Source of the DNA: Schleiferiaceae bacterium
GTDB lineage: Bacteria; Bacteroidota; Bacteroidia; Flavobacteriales; Schleiferiaceae
Direction of reading: 5' to 3'
NCBI GenBank assembly: GCA_018402665.1
Contig: JAGYIN010000007.1
Coordinates: forward strand, 46,509 to 110,508
DNA length: 64,000 bases
Part shown: positions 49,122 through 58,394 of the stretch, piece by piece
Position numbering within the stretch: the first letter of the stretch is position 1
Layout: each line of letters starts with the position of its first letter
The notes under the pieces: generated by a model
Seen by the model: only the letters and a program-made list of their open reading frames with translations
Databases searched by the model: none
What the model was told of the DNA's origin: nothing
Translations under genes and position numbers: made by a program

Positions 49122-50168
49122 TTATGGAAGGGTCATTACTTTCTTAATAGTACGCCAATCGACTACTTTAAAATTCTGAGAAATCGATTCGCCATTCTCA
49201 TCTTTATTGTAACCGTCTTGGCATACAAAAACTCCTTTAGGGTAGGCTGTACCGAAGCTTCCGGAATATACATCTATACCGTCGGTCTCTTCAGCGCCGT
49301 CTATAGTTGTTCCATTACCTACCTGGAACACGCCTAAATAGAGATACGCCCTGTTGATATCGTACACAGCGTAGCGGTTGTTTCCTTGGCTTGAGGTCAA
49401 TAAATATTTGGATTCATTAGTACTATAGATGGTAATCCCTTCAATATCGTAAGCAAGGTCGGGATTCTCTTCACCGGATAATGGAATTCGGAATCGGTCC
49501 GTAGTTGAATCATCTAACGCATAGGCAAATACGCCTCCTTGCTCTTCACCTAGATACAACAATCTATTTTCTTTGTCCACCACCATGCCCTCTACCTGGC
49601 CAGCCGCCGAAAAGGAACGAACTAATGACATGGTAACTGGCAAAGAGTCTGTTAGCAATCGCCATTGCTCTACTTGACCGTCCTTATTATTGACAAACGC
49701 ATATGTCGACTGTTCTACGGTGTCGTTCCACAAACAGAATCCGTATACGCCTTCTAAAGTGGTTCTCATAGTCGTATCCGAAATGAGTTCAAAATTCCTG
49801 GCGTTCTTTGAAATAGACCAAACGTCTATACGATCATAATCTCTATTCGACCCCGCAACAATGGCTATTAGGCTATCACCGAACTTCACGCCATTCGCAA
49901 CATCAATATTATTAATCTTTCCCGTCGGATAATTAGCGAGACGGGTGCCATCTAAACCGTACACTTCAAGGCCGTACGTTTTATTAGACCCTAGGATAAA
50001 GCTAGAGTCCGGCTGCGCACTGTTTAACCATAATGCAGGATCGTCGGCCGCATCATCGTCGACTTGAGCAAGTACCTTTTCGGTTTCTATGTTAGCAGTT
50101 ACTGTCGGTGTTGAAACCTGAGGCTGGCACGCCCCAAATACCAGTGTTAAACCTATCCATTTTTTCAT
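49122..50168 (-). CDS. Beta-propeller phytase (3-phytase, BPP family) lipoprotein
   Basis: Lipobox VFGAC. DDAADDPALWLN resembles the BPP DDPAIW motif. Repeated propeller-like segments. 348 aa. Confidence 0.75.
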   Translation of the reverse strand: MKKWIGLTLVFGACQPQVSTPTVTANIETEKVLAQVDDDAADDPALWLNSAQPDSSFILGSNKTYGLEVYGLDGTRLANYPTGKINNIDVANGVKFGDSLIAIVAGSNRDYDRIDVWSISKNARNFELISDTTMRTTLEGVYGFCLWNDTVEQSTYAFVNNKDGQVEQWRLLTDSLPVTMSLVRSFSAAGQVEGMVVDKENRLLYLGEEQGGVFAYALDDSTTDRFRIPLSGEENPDLAYDIEGITIYSTNESKYLLTSSQGNNRYAVYDINRAYLYLGVFQVGNGTTIDGAEETDGIDVYSGSFGTAYPKGVFVCQDGYNKDENGESISQNFKVVDWRTIKKVMTLP

Positions 50169-50180
50169 TAGTCATGCGAG

Positions 50181-50219
50181 TATTAAAATCCCCCAAGCCT
50201 CCACGGAGACTTGGGGGAT
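50181..50219 (-). terminator. Strong hairpin between the TonB-dependent receptor and phytase genes (terminator or attenuator)
   Basis: 10-bp stem atcccccaag / cttgggggat with an inner ctcc/ggag pairing. The minus strand is followed by TTTTAAT. Confidence 0.6.
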
Positions 50220-50240
50220 TATATGATAAACTAGGTTGTA

Positions 50241-52982
50241 TTAAAGATCCAACTTCACCCCAAAGTTTGCGCGAAGATTGTAGTACTCCATCTGCATAGT
50301 GTACTGACTTTGGTATTGGTAGTAGCGCAATGGTTGATTGAGAATATTGTGTAATTCAACAAATACCCTTACGTTTTTCGCAACTTCATAGTATCCATTG
50401 ATGTCTAGGAAATGTTGAGAATCGTAGTAACGATCTTCAAATGCATCGCCACCGTACTCATCAACGTAGGAACCTGCATAGTTGTATGAAAGACGCACCA
50501 TCAGCTTTTTGTTTTCATACGCCAAGGCCGTGTTCACCATTAATGGCGCCGCGCCTGCAAATCCGACCGCATCCTCACGATCTAAAATACCCGAGGTAGT
50601 GGACTGAATGAGCGTAGTATTTGCTTGGAGGTTGAAATTCTTTAGCGACGGTGAAAGCACATCTAATTGACGTTGGAAGGCAAACTCCAAACCAGTTACA
50701 GTTGCCGTCCCTCCGTTTTCTGGTTTTGTAAACTCATACGTTTCACCATTGAATACATCATCATAAACGTTGTAGTAAATAAAATTATCAATGGTTTTGT
50801 AGAAGATTCCGGCAGAAATAAGTCCCAAATTCGAGAAATAGCGTTCGCCATTTACATCGATATTCCAGGCGCTTGCCGCAGATAAATTTGGATTACCCAA
50901 TTCGATTTCACTATCGTCTGAATTAAACGCTTCGTAAGGTACTAGATCGTAATAATTAGGACGCGCTAATGTGTTGGTCAAAGACGCACGAACAACCGTG
51001 TTTGTATTTGGGCTAAAGCGGTATAGAACCGATGGTAATATGTTTAAGTAAGAAGCATCTCCGTTCGTTTCAGAAGCAATTTCTTCTACGATATCATATC
51101 TGAAACCTTCGTACGAATTTGCCGTGTTTTCCGCACGGATACCCGCAACAAGACGGTGCTTAGAACCCCAGTTTTGAGTAAGCATTGCGTAGGCTGCTCC
51201 TATACTTTCATTTGCGCCGTAATTACCCGCCGCATATTCCTCAGGAATATCGGTTGCATCAAACTCTGATGTGTTCGTTAAATCCAATCCGCCTAAATAC
51301 GCAGGGTCAATAAATTGATTCGAGTTTTCTGAACCCCAATATCCGTCGATCAAATAGCGATCGCCACGTTCAAACTGGAATCCATTTTCACCCAAAGTTG
51401 GCTCGTTATCGCCGTTAATCCATTCATACTCTGTGAAGATATTCTCTCTAAACTTACGCTTAGTACGAACACGTAAACCGGTTTTCAACGTTGTATTGGT
51501 TTTACCAGTTACAAGCGGAATCTCAAGGTCAAAACGTCCATTGAAGTCCTGGTCGTAAGTAAATTGATTTTCATCCGTAAGTTCCTTCAATCCAAAGTCC
51601 GCGAAATTGGGAGTTGTTACAGGTCGCATCTGAAGGAATGTATATTCTCCCGGATCAGAAGTGATTTCCATTAGCACGTCCTTTTCACGGTAAGAAATGT
51701 AACGCTCATCTGGGCGCGTCTCTGACGCTCTTGCAGAGTTTACGGACCAATTTGCTTTAATGTTGCCGAAAAGATGCTCTCCGCGCAACGCAAAATTATT
51801 CGCAATTTGATGTTCCAATCGACTGTTATTTATGGATGCTGCACCGCCTTTGGTTTGACGACGAACCTCAGCGGTATACGTACCGTCTCCGTTTGACTCA
51901 ATGTCTTTATAGCGTAAACGGTAACGATTTTCCCAATCTTTTCTATCATTGTGCAATGCTGTAAAGAATACTTTGTGCCCTTTTGCAAGGTCATAATCAA
52001 GACTTAACGAATACGATTGACGCAAGCGGCGAACGTTGTAGCCGCGAACCTGGTAATCTACGATAGATGGATTCCCAGCAGCATCAAATTCCCATTCCAT
52101 TTCTGCATTATCTGATCCAAAATCATGATCGTTGACTGAAATGGAAACTACAGCACCCAACTTGTTATTCATGAAGCGGTTTCCGTAAATGGCGGCACCT
52201 GTCCAAATGGGTTTTTGTGAAAGAAAGTTATACCCTGAGCCTCCTGTAATAGAAATACGCTGACGCTGTGGAGCCTGACGTGTAATTAAATTTACAGCAC
52301 CGCCAATTGCATCCGCATCCATATCGGCAGTAACGGCTTTATTCACTACCACCGTTTGAATCATATCCGAAGGAATCAAATCCAATTGTACTTTACGGTT
52401 ATCTCCCTCTGCTGAAGGCATACGCTCGCCATTAACCATCACACTATTCAATTGTGGTGCGAGTCCACGAATAATGATATCGCGCGCTTCTCCTTGGTCG
52501 TTTTGAATGGTGATCCCAGAAATACGCTTCAAGGCATCCCCAATATTTGCATCTGGTGTACGACCAATTTGATCCGCATTGACCACGTTGGTGACCCCTG
52601 TATTTTGACGTTGTTGCGCTAGAGCTTTTGCCTGATTTCTAAGGTAGTTACCTGTAACAATAACTTCACTTAACTCATTCGTTCCCTGTAAAAGTTGCAC
52701 GTCCACGATAACGAGTGCGTTTTCAGATAGACTCAATATCTTTACAACGTCCTTGTAACCTAAAGAAGAAATCGTAATTTCTATTTCACCTGCTGGTACG
52801 TTCGTTAAGGTGAAATTCCCTAAGTCGTCAGTGACTGTCGTATGACCACTTTGCACCGCAGAGACTAGGGCACCGGGCATAGGAAATTGGTCAAAATCTA
52901 CTACCGTTCCTTGAACAACAGCATTTTGAGCATTCACACTCAAAAAGAAAAGGGTGAAGGCAAATAATAATATCTTTTTCAT
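50241..52982 (-). CDS. TonB-dependent outer-membrane receptor with a carboxypeptidase-regulatory-like N-terminal domain
   Basis: 913 aa. Signal peptide, VVQGTVVD...GYKD, plug motifs (IIIRGL) and a barrel with an aromatic-rich C-terminal strand. Confidence 0.9.
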   Translation of the reverse strand: MKKILLFAFTLFFLSVNAQNAVVQGTVVDFDQFPMPGALVSAVQSGHTTVTDDLGNFTLTNVPAGEIEITISSLGYKDVVKILSLSENALVIVDVQLLQGTNELSEVIVTGNYLRNQAKALAQQRQNTGVTNVVNADQIGRTPDANIGDALKRISGITIQNDQGEARDIIIRGLAPQLNSVMVNGERMPSAEGDNRKVQLDLIPSDMIQTVVVNKAVTADMDADAIGGAVNLITRQAPQRQRISITGGSGYNFLSQKPIWTGAAIYGNRFMNNKLGAVVSISVNDHDFGSDNAEMEWEFDAAGNPSIVDYQVRGYNVRRLRQSYSLSLDYDLAKGHKVFFTALHNDRKDWENRYRLRYKDIESNGDGTYTAEVRRQTKGGAASINNSRLEHQIANNFALRGEHLFGNIKANWSVNSARASETRPDERYISYREKDVLMEITSDPGEYTFLQMRPVTTPNFADFGLKELTDENQFTYDQDFNGRFDLEIPLVTGKTNTTLKTGLRVRTKRKFRENIFTEYEWINGDNEPTLGENGFQFERGDRYLIDGYWGSENSNQFIDPAYLGGLDLTNTSEFDATDIPEEYAAGNYGANESIGAAYAMLTQNWGSKHRLVAGIRAENTANSYEGFRYDIVEEIASETNGDASYLNILPSVLYRFSPNTNTVVRASLTNTLARPNYYDLVPYEAFNSDDSEIELGNPNLSAASAWNIDVNGERYFSNLGLISAGIFYKTIDNFIYYNVYDDVFNGETYEFTKPENGGTATVTGLEFAFQRQLDVLSPSLKNFNLQANTTLIQSTTSGILDREDAVGFAGAAPLMVNTALAYENKKLMVRLSYNYAGSYVDEYGGDAFEDRYYDSQHFLDINGYYEVAKNVRVFVELHNILNQPLRYYQYQSQYTMQMEYYNLRANFGVKLDL

Positions 52983-53004
52983 TTTGTAAATGGTTTTTAC
53001 AAAA
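52982..53004. repeat. Inverted repeat abutting the receptor start codon
   Basis: ttttgtaaa-tggtt-tttacaaaa (9-bp arms). The first base is the A of the minus-strand ATG. Confidence 0.5.
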
Positions 53005-53162
53005 CTGAAAATTTATAAACCACTGATGGTTAAGCATTTGTTGGATTAATCTTAGTTAAAGGCTATCTATATGTAAGCTTTTCTTAATTACGTAACCTTG
53101 CGAATACAACGCTTTTATTTTGACGAAACAATGGCTTAACAAAAGCATCCTATCTTACCATC

Positions 53163-54110
53163 ATGCATAAAATAGTAACTGCAGTTCTTCCATTATTCTT
53201 CCTGTGTTGCGGTAAAATTGTGTCCCCTCCGGAGCCTGTCGTGTTTCAAAACGACTTCGCTTTTGATTCGGTCAACGTCGCTAAAGACTTTTCGCTTGTA
53301 CCCAAAACCTCTATTGCTCCAATCTCGGTTAAAGAGGCTTCCGGAGGAGTATTAGCGACCTCCTTTCCGCACCATGTTTGGCTAGTTAACGATAGTGGCG
53401 ATAATGCCTCCCTCTATTTGGTGAATTGTAAAACTGGAAAAACAACCACGACTCTCCTCATTGAAGGTCTCGTAAATATGGACTGGGAAGAGCTTACTTT
53501 TTTTGTTTCAGATAATATTCCCATGTTAGGCATTGCAGATGTGGGAGATAATTTGGAATTGAGAGACTTTGTCACGGTATATACCATGAAAGAGCCGCAA
53601 GAGGGGAGTTTTGATACCTTAGTTTCTGGCGTGGTTAGCTACGTCCCAGAATTTTTAGATTCTATTAGGTTTACCTACAGTACTGGTCCGCGTGATGTTG
53701 AAGCCGTTTTTGTTGATCCCGTCTCAGAAAACTGGTATTTCATTTCCAAAAGAGAGTCTAGAAATGGTTTGTATGAACTATCAAAAGCCTCAATGGGTTC
53801 GGGAATTATAGATACTGCACAGCTCAAAGGAAGATTCAGCATGTACCTATCCACGGCTGCAGATTCTAGACTATTTGCGAACGACTCCTGTCCAATTATT
53901 TTGCGGAATTACGACCGCATACTGCTCTGGCGTCGTGATCAGAATACTTCAGTCATCGATGTAATGCAAAGGGAACCTGAGCTGCTTCCTTATGGCCCTA
54001 GAGAACCACAAGGAGAATGTCTTTGGCTTTGGCCAAACGGTAATTACAGCACTACAAGTGAGGAGCGCCAAGGCATAAAAGCACCCATTCGAACGTATCG
54101 CAAAGGTTAA
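53163..54110 (+). CDS. Hypothetical lipoprotein, possibly a beta-propeller 'phytase-like' fold
   Basis: N-terminus LPLFFLCCGK. Segments EASGGV...WLVNDSGDN...DWEELTF are loosely reminiscent of phytase-like/SdiA-regulated propellers. Weak call. Confidence 0.35.
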   Translation: MHKIVTAVLPLFFLCCGKIVSPPEPVVFQNDFAFDSVNVAKDFSLVPKTSIAPISVKEASGGVLATSFPHHVWLVNDSGDNASLYLVNCKTGKTTTTLLIEGLVNMDWEELTFFVSDNIPMLGIADVGDNLELRDFVTVYTMKEPQEGSFDTLVSGVVSYVPEFLDSIRFTYSTGPRDVEAVFVDPVSENWYFISKRESRNGLYELSKASMGSGIIDTAQLKGRFSMYLSTAADSRLFANDSCPIILRNYDRILLWRRDQNTSVIDVMQREPELLPYGPREPQGECLWLWPNGNYSTTSEERQGIKAPIRTYRKG

Positions 54111-54955
54111 TTCTGTAGCGTATACGCCAAACCTACACCCAATACCGAACGCCGTTGCCATGCATCGATCTGATCAATGTCTCGAATCAATTGGAAATGC
54201 GCATTGAACGAAAGCGCCTTGCGGATTTTATAAATGGCAATAATGTCCAGGTTTAAATCGGTCGCAGATATCGACTCCCAGTAATTAATGAAGAGGTCCG
54301 ATTTTGCCGTGACTTCTAACTCATCCGTAAGTTGCTGCGTATAATTCAGCGTAATTTTTGCCCCCGCCTCAAAGCGCCAGGTCGCCCCGGTATCCACACC
54401 AAAGGCGGCTTTTTCACGCAAAGCCTCGTCAAATACCGTTGTGCTCTTTCCTGCAAAAGGAGATAAAAATACTTGCCAGTGCTCCCAAGAGTTGTTGCCG
54501 ATACCAAAGGAATACTGACCATATACAGGCGCTCCAAATGTGGAAATAGGCGTACGCGTAGTATCCCCTTTCGCAAATCCTGGGGCAAACTGAGTGCGCA
54601 TGTTTAATTGCCCAGATAAATTCCACTTCGTAGATTTCGGCGAGCCCGTAAGCGTGGTTGTGAACTCTAGTTTATCAGCGTTTTTCGTAAGTATTCCGGC
54701 TTGGCGACTGAGTCCATAATTGCCTTCTAAGAGATGAACGGTGGTGAAGTTCTCGCCTTTTTTTATCCAATTTTCACGAAGCAATAAACTGATGTTTGAA
54801 CTGTTTTCCCCACCGGCGTTCCAATTGTCCAAATCCGTAAACGAACCCGCCGCGCTGTAAATAGCGTTTCGGTGATACGATGCAATCGCCGTGGAATCGC
54901 TCTGGCCAAAAATTGCGGTACTTATCAAGCTAAAAACGACAAGAAATCGAATCAT
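54107..54955 (-). CDS. Outer-membrane beta-barrel protein, DUF3078-like
   Basis: Signal peptide. DNWNAGGENSSN motif. Alternating beta-strand pattern. ATG overlaps the upstream stop (TAATG). Confidence 0.5.
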   Translation of the reverse strand: MIRFLVVFSLISTAIFGQSDSTAIASYHRNAIYSAAGSFTDLDNWNAGGENSSNISLLLRENWIKKGENFTTVHLLEGNYGLSRQAGILTKNADKLEFTTTLTGSPKSTKWNLSGQLNMRTQFAPGFAKGDTTRTPISTFGAPVYGQYSFGIGNNSWEHWQVFLSPFAGKSTTVFDEALREKAAFGVDTGATWRFEAGAKITLNYTQQLTDELEVTAKSDLFINYWESISATDLNLDIIAIYKIRKALSFNAHFQLIRDIDQIDAWQRRSVLGVGLAYTLQN

Positions 54956-55728
54956 TACTTCTTTTTAAATGCATTAATGGCATCCTTTGCTTCCTTGCTC
55001 AGAATCAATTCCCCGCTGATCGCAGCGCGCTCCGCAAGAAGGTGGTCCCAATGTTCCGTGCCTTCCCAAAAGACCTTCTTGAGTCCGCGCATTGCGGGTA
55101 CAGATTTCGTTAGCAATCGGCCCACGAGCGCTTCTATGGCAGCATCCATCGCCGCTGCATCTTCGAAAATATCATTGTACAAACCGCGCTGAAAAGCCCA
55201 TTCCGCGGAGCGCCACTCTGTTGCATTAATGGCTAAGTCGGACATGCCGGCCAAACCTAATTTGCGTTCACACGCAGGTCCCACTACAAACGGTCCTATA
55301 CCTACAGCCAACTCGCTCAGCTTTACTGCCGCGTGATTGGTCGCATAACAGTAATCTACAGACGAAGCAAGACCCACGCCGCCGCCAACCGCCTTGCCTT
55401 GAACGCGGCCAATGATGAGCTTTGGGCACTTGCGCATCGCATTGATTACGTTAGCGAAGCCGCTGAAAAAGATTTTTCCTGTCTCTAAATCTTCAATAGA
55501 AATTAATTCGTCAAAGCTCGCGCCGGCGCAAAAGGCACGCTCGCCATCGCTTTTTAAAAGGATGAGTTTTACGGCAGTATTCTCGCCCAGATCAGTAATG
55601 GTATTCGCCAATTTCGCGAGGACCTTGCCCGGCAAAGAATTGGACAATGGATGAAAAAATTCTACTGTCGCTAAACCGCGATCGTCTATATCGACATTAA
55701 CACCGCCTTGGTTTACTGCTTCGTTCAT
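54955..55728 (-). CDS. Enoyl-CoA hydratase/isomerase (crotonase) family protein, PaaF/PaaG-like
   Basis: 257 aa. Oxyanion-hole context RAFCAGASFDE and GKAVGGGVGL. Confidence 0.8.
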   Translation of the reverse strand: MNEAVNQGGVNVDIDDRGLATVEFFHPLSNSLPGKVLAKLANTITDLGENTAVKLILLKSDGERAFCAGASFDELISIEDLETGKIFFSGFANVINAMRKCPKLIIGRVQGKAVGGGVGLASSVDYCYATNHAAVKLSELAVGIGPFVVGPACERKLGLAGMSDLAINATEWRSAEWAFQRGLYNDIFEDAAAMDAAIEALVGRLLTKSVPAMRGLKKVFWEGTEHWDHLLAERAAISGELILSKEAKDAINAFKKK

Positions 55729-55768
55729 AGGTTATAGTATTTGGGTATTGTGTTCTGCTGAATATTCA

Positions 55769-57808
55769 TCAGCTCTGGTCTAGTTTCTTCACCATGGTCA
55801 AGATGGTCGCCACGGCAACTACCTCATTGGTGTCGTCGTAGACTTCCACGTAGTACTTCACGATGCCCTTCGCCACATCGTCTTCACTGCGCTTTTCCCC
55901 GTCAATCTTTTCTTTTACGGTCAATTTCACCCCGATAGTCGCCCCCGGGTAAACCGGCTTAGTGAATCGGCATTCATCGATACCGTAGTTCAACAATACC
56001 GGGCCTTTCTTCGCCTCGACGAACAACCCTGCCGCCTTGCTCAAAATAAAATACCCGTGCGCTACTCGGCCTTCGAAGATGGTGCCTTCCAATGAAGTTG
56101 CGTCCATGTGGGCGTAGAAATTATCACCGCTCACGTTGGCAAAATTTGTAATGTCAGTTTCTGTTACGGTGTGCTTGGCAGTATACACTGTAGCACCCAC
56201 TTCAAGTTCTTCAAAGTGTTGACGGAACACATGCGGCACGGCCTCTGGACGTGATGCCCCTGGCTGGTATTGCTGCGTGATGGCCGTAATGTCATCCGGG
56301 TGACCTTGGATGGCCGTACGGTGCAAATAGTGCAATACACCGCGCTTACCACCCATCTCTTCACCGCCTCCGGCGCGCCCTGGACCTCCGTGCTTCATCA
56401 ATGGCATCGGGGAACCGTGACCGGTGCTTTCCTTGGCCATCTTCTCGTTGATGATGTGAATACGGCCGTTGTACGCGGCAGCCTCGGTAGTAAAGGCAAC
56501 GATATCACTCGTGTTTTTACTTGTAAATGAGGTGACGAGGGAACCGCGACCTAGAGCAGTCAATTGGACCGCTTCATCAATAGTTTTATACGGCATCAAC
56601 GTGCTCACAGGGCCAAAAGGCTCCACTTCGTGAACTGCAGTTTTATTGAACGGATCGGTATTTACAAAAAGCTTCGGTGAATAAAATGCCCCTGCGTTGG
56701 TCGCTCCTATCAGCTCTAAAGAAGGGTTATAAACCAGTTCTTGCTGCGCCATTAGCTTGTTCATCTCCGCTTCTACACGACCAATCTGGTCATGCGTTGC
56801 GAGTGCCCCCATGCGCACACCTTCCGCCTGAGGATCACCTATAGCCGTCTTTTGAAGTCGAGCGATCACCGCGTCCTGAACGATGGGCAATAAGTGTTCT
56901 GGAACCATGGCCCGGCGAATCGCCGTACATTTTTGACCCGCTTTTACGGTCATTTCATTTGCCAATTCTCGAACAAACAACGCGAATTCAGCATCTTCAG
57001 GCTTGACATCCAACCCCAATACCGAAGCGTTTAAACTGTCCGCTTCGAGATTAAACGGAACCGAACGTTCGTTGATGTGTGGTAGACCGCGCAACACCTG
57101 ACCCGTTGACGCCGAACCTGTGAAAGTCACGACGTCTTGAAAGTCCACATGGTCTAAAATACCACGTCCCTTTCCACTGACCAATTGCAACGCCCCTTCG
57201 GGTAAAATTCCACTATCAATGATCGCCTTTACCATCACCTCCGTCAAATAGGAGGTGTATTCCGAAGGCTTCACCACACAGGGAACCCCCGCCATCAAAT
57301 TGACCGCAATTTTCTCAAGCATCCCCCAGATTGGGAAGTTAAATGCGTTAATGTGAACCGCTACACCGCGACGCGGCACCATAATGTGGTGGCCGATGAA
57401 GGTGCCTTCCTTTGATAATCGGGCGAGATCGCCATCCACGTAGTAAGGCAGATCTGGAAATTGGCGTCTGAGCGATGCGTTCGCAAACAGATTGCCAATT
57501 CCCCCTTCAATATCTATCCAGCTATCAACTTTCGTGGCACCAGTAGCCCAGCTCACATCATAAAATTGACGTTTAATACTGGTCAAATGGAGCGCTAGTG
57601 CCTTAAGCATACGACCACGCTCCTGAAAGGTCATTTTTCGCAAAGCCGGTCCACCGACTGAACGACCATACTCTAAAATGGCTTTATAATCGAGCCCTTC
57701 TGAGCTCACCTGCGCGTAATCCTCACCGGTTATGGCATGGCGAGCAGTATATTCAATTCCAGTTCCTGTTTCCCAGTTTCCCAGGATGTAGTTCTTAACT
57801 GTATTCAT
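55769..57808 (-). CDS. paaZ: Bifunctional aldehyde dehydrogenase / MaoC-type hydratase PaaZ
   Basis: 679 aa. The N-terminus (GNWETGTG...PALRKMTFQERGRMLKAL...TGATKVDSWIDIEGGIG) closely parallels E. coli PaaZ as I recall it. C-terminal hot-dog domain. Confidence 0.85.
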   Translation of the reverse strand: MNTVKNYILGNWETGTGIEYTARHAITGEDYAQVSSEGLDYKAILEYGRSVGGPALRKMTFQERGRMLKALALHLTSIKRQFYDVSWATGATKVDSWIDIEGGIGNLFANASLRRQFPDLPYYVDGDLARLSKEGTFIGHHIMVPRRGVAVHINAFNFPIWGMLEKIAVNLMAGVPCVVKPSEYTSYLTEVMVKAIIDSGILPEGALQLVSGKGRGILDHVDFQDVVTFTGSASTGQVLRGLPHINERSVPFNLEADSLNASVLGLDVKPEDAEFALFVRELANEMTVKAGQKCTAIRRAMVPEHLLPIVQDAVIARLQKTAIGDPQAEGVRMGALATHDQIGRVEAEMNKLMAQQELVYNPSLELIGATNAGAFYSPKLFVNTDPFNKTAVHEVEPFGPVSTLMPYKTIDEAVQLTALGRGSLVTSFTSKNTSDIVAFTTEAAAYNGRIHIINEKMAKESTGHGSPMPLMKHGGPGRAGGGEEMGGKRGVLHYLHRTAIQGHPDDITAITQQYQPGASRPEAVPHVFRQHFEELEVGATVYTAKHTVTETDITNFANVSGDNFYAHMDATSLEGTIFEGRVAHGYFILSKAAGLFVEAKKGPVLLNYGIDECRFTKPVYPGATIGVKLTVKEKIDGEKRSEDDVAKGIVKYYVEVYDDTNEVVAVATILTMVKKLDQS

Positions 57809-58393
57809 CTATTTGTGCGTTTGATAGGTTCCTTCATGATTGGGCCGATTCGGCTCAACCGCTTCCAATGGCGTTACTTCCTTCAATGTCGAACGGCATT
57901 GTTCGGCCAATTTCATATACAATTCCGTTCCTTCCGTCTTCCAAGCCAACATCTCATCGCTCACCGTCTTCACCACCTTACCGGGGTTTCCCACAAAGAT
58001 ACTTCGCTCGGGTAGTACCGTGTTTTGTGGAACAAAAGCCAATGCACCTACGATGCACCCGTCGCCCACCTCAACATTATCCATAACGACCGCATTCATA
58101 CCGATCAGGACATTTTCGCCTAAGGTACCGCCGTGAATAATCGCTCCATGTCCCACGTGCGCCATCTTCTTCAAGCGCGTCTCCGTTTTCGGGAACATGT
58201 GCACCACACAGTTTTCTTGAACGTTCACGCCTTCTTCCAGAACAATTCGTCCCCAATCCCCGCGCAAAACAGCCCCCGGACCTATGTAACAATGTGGACC
58301 TATAATCACATCGCCTGTAACATTTGCTTGAGGGTGTACAAAAGCGGTTGGGTGAATCACCGGAATGAAGTCAAGGAATTGGTAAACTGCCAT
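57809..58393 (-). CDS. paaY: Hexapeptide-repeat protein PaaY
   Basis: Left-handed beta-helix repeats plus the PaaY-specific C-terminal part (LAWKTEGTELY...LKEVTPLEAVEP). Confidence 0.8.
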   Translation of the reverse strand: MAVYQFLDFIPVIHPTAFVHPQANVTGDVIIGPHCYIGPGAVLRGDWGRIVLEEGVNVQENCVVHMFPKTETRLKKMAHVGHGAIIHGGTLGENVLIGMNAVVMDNVEVGDGCIVGALAFVPQNTVLPERSIFVGNPGKVVKTVSDEMLAWKTEGTELYMKLAEQCRSTLKEVTPLEAVEPNRPNHEGTYQTHK

Positions 58394-58394
58394 C

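Noticed and set aside
54107-54110. The convergent genes 53163-54110 (+) and 54107-54955 (-) overlap through their stop codons (TTAA).
   Set aside because: This is a trivial 4-nt overlap of stops. It implies no room for a terminator, but nothing else is unusual.
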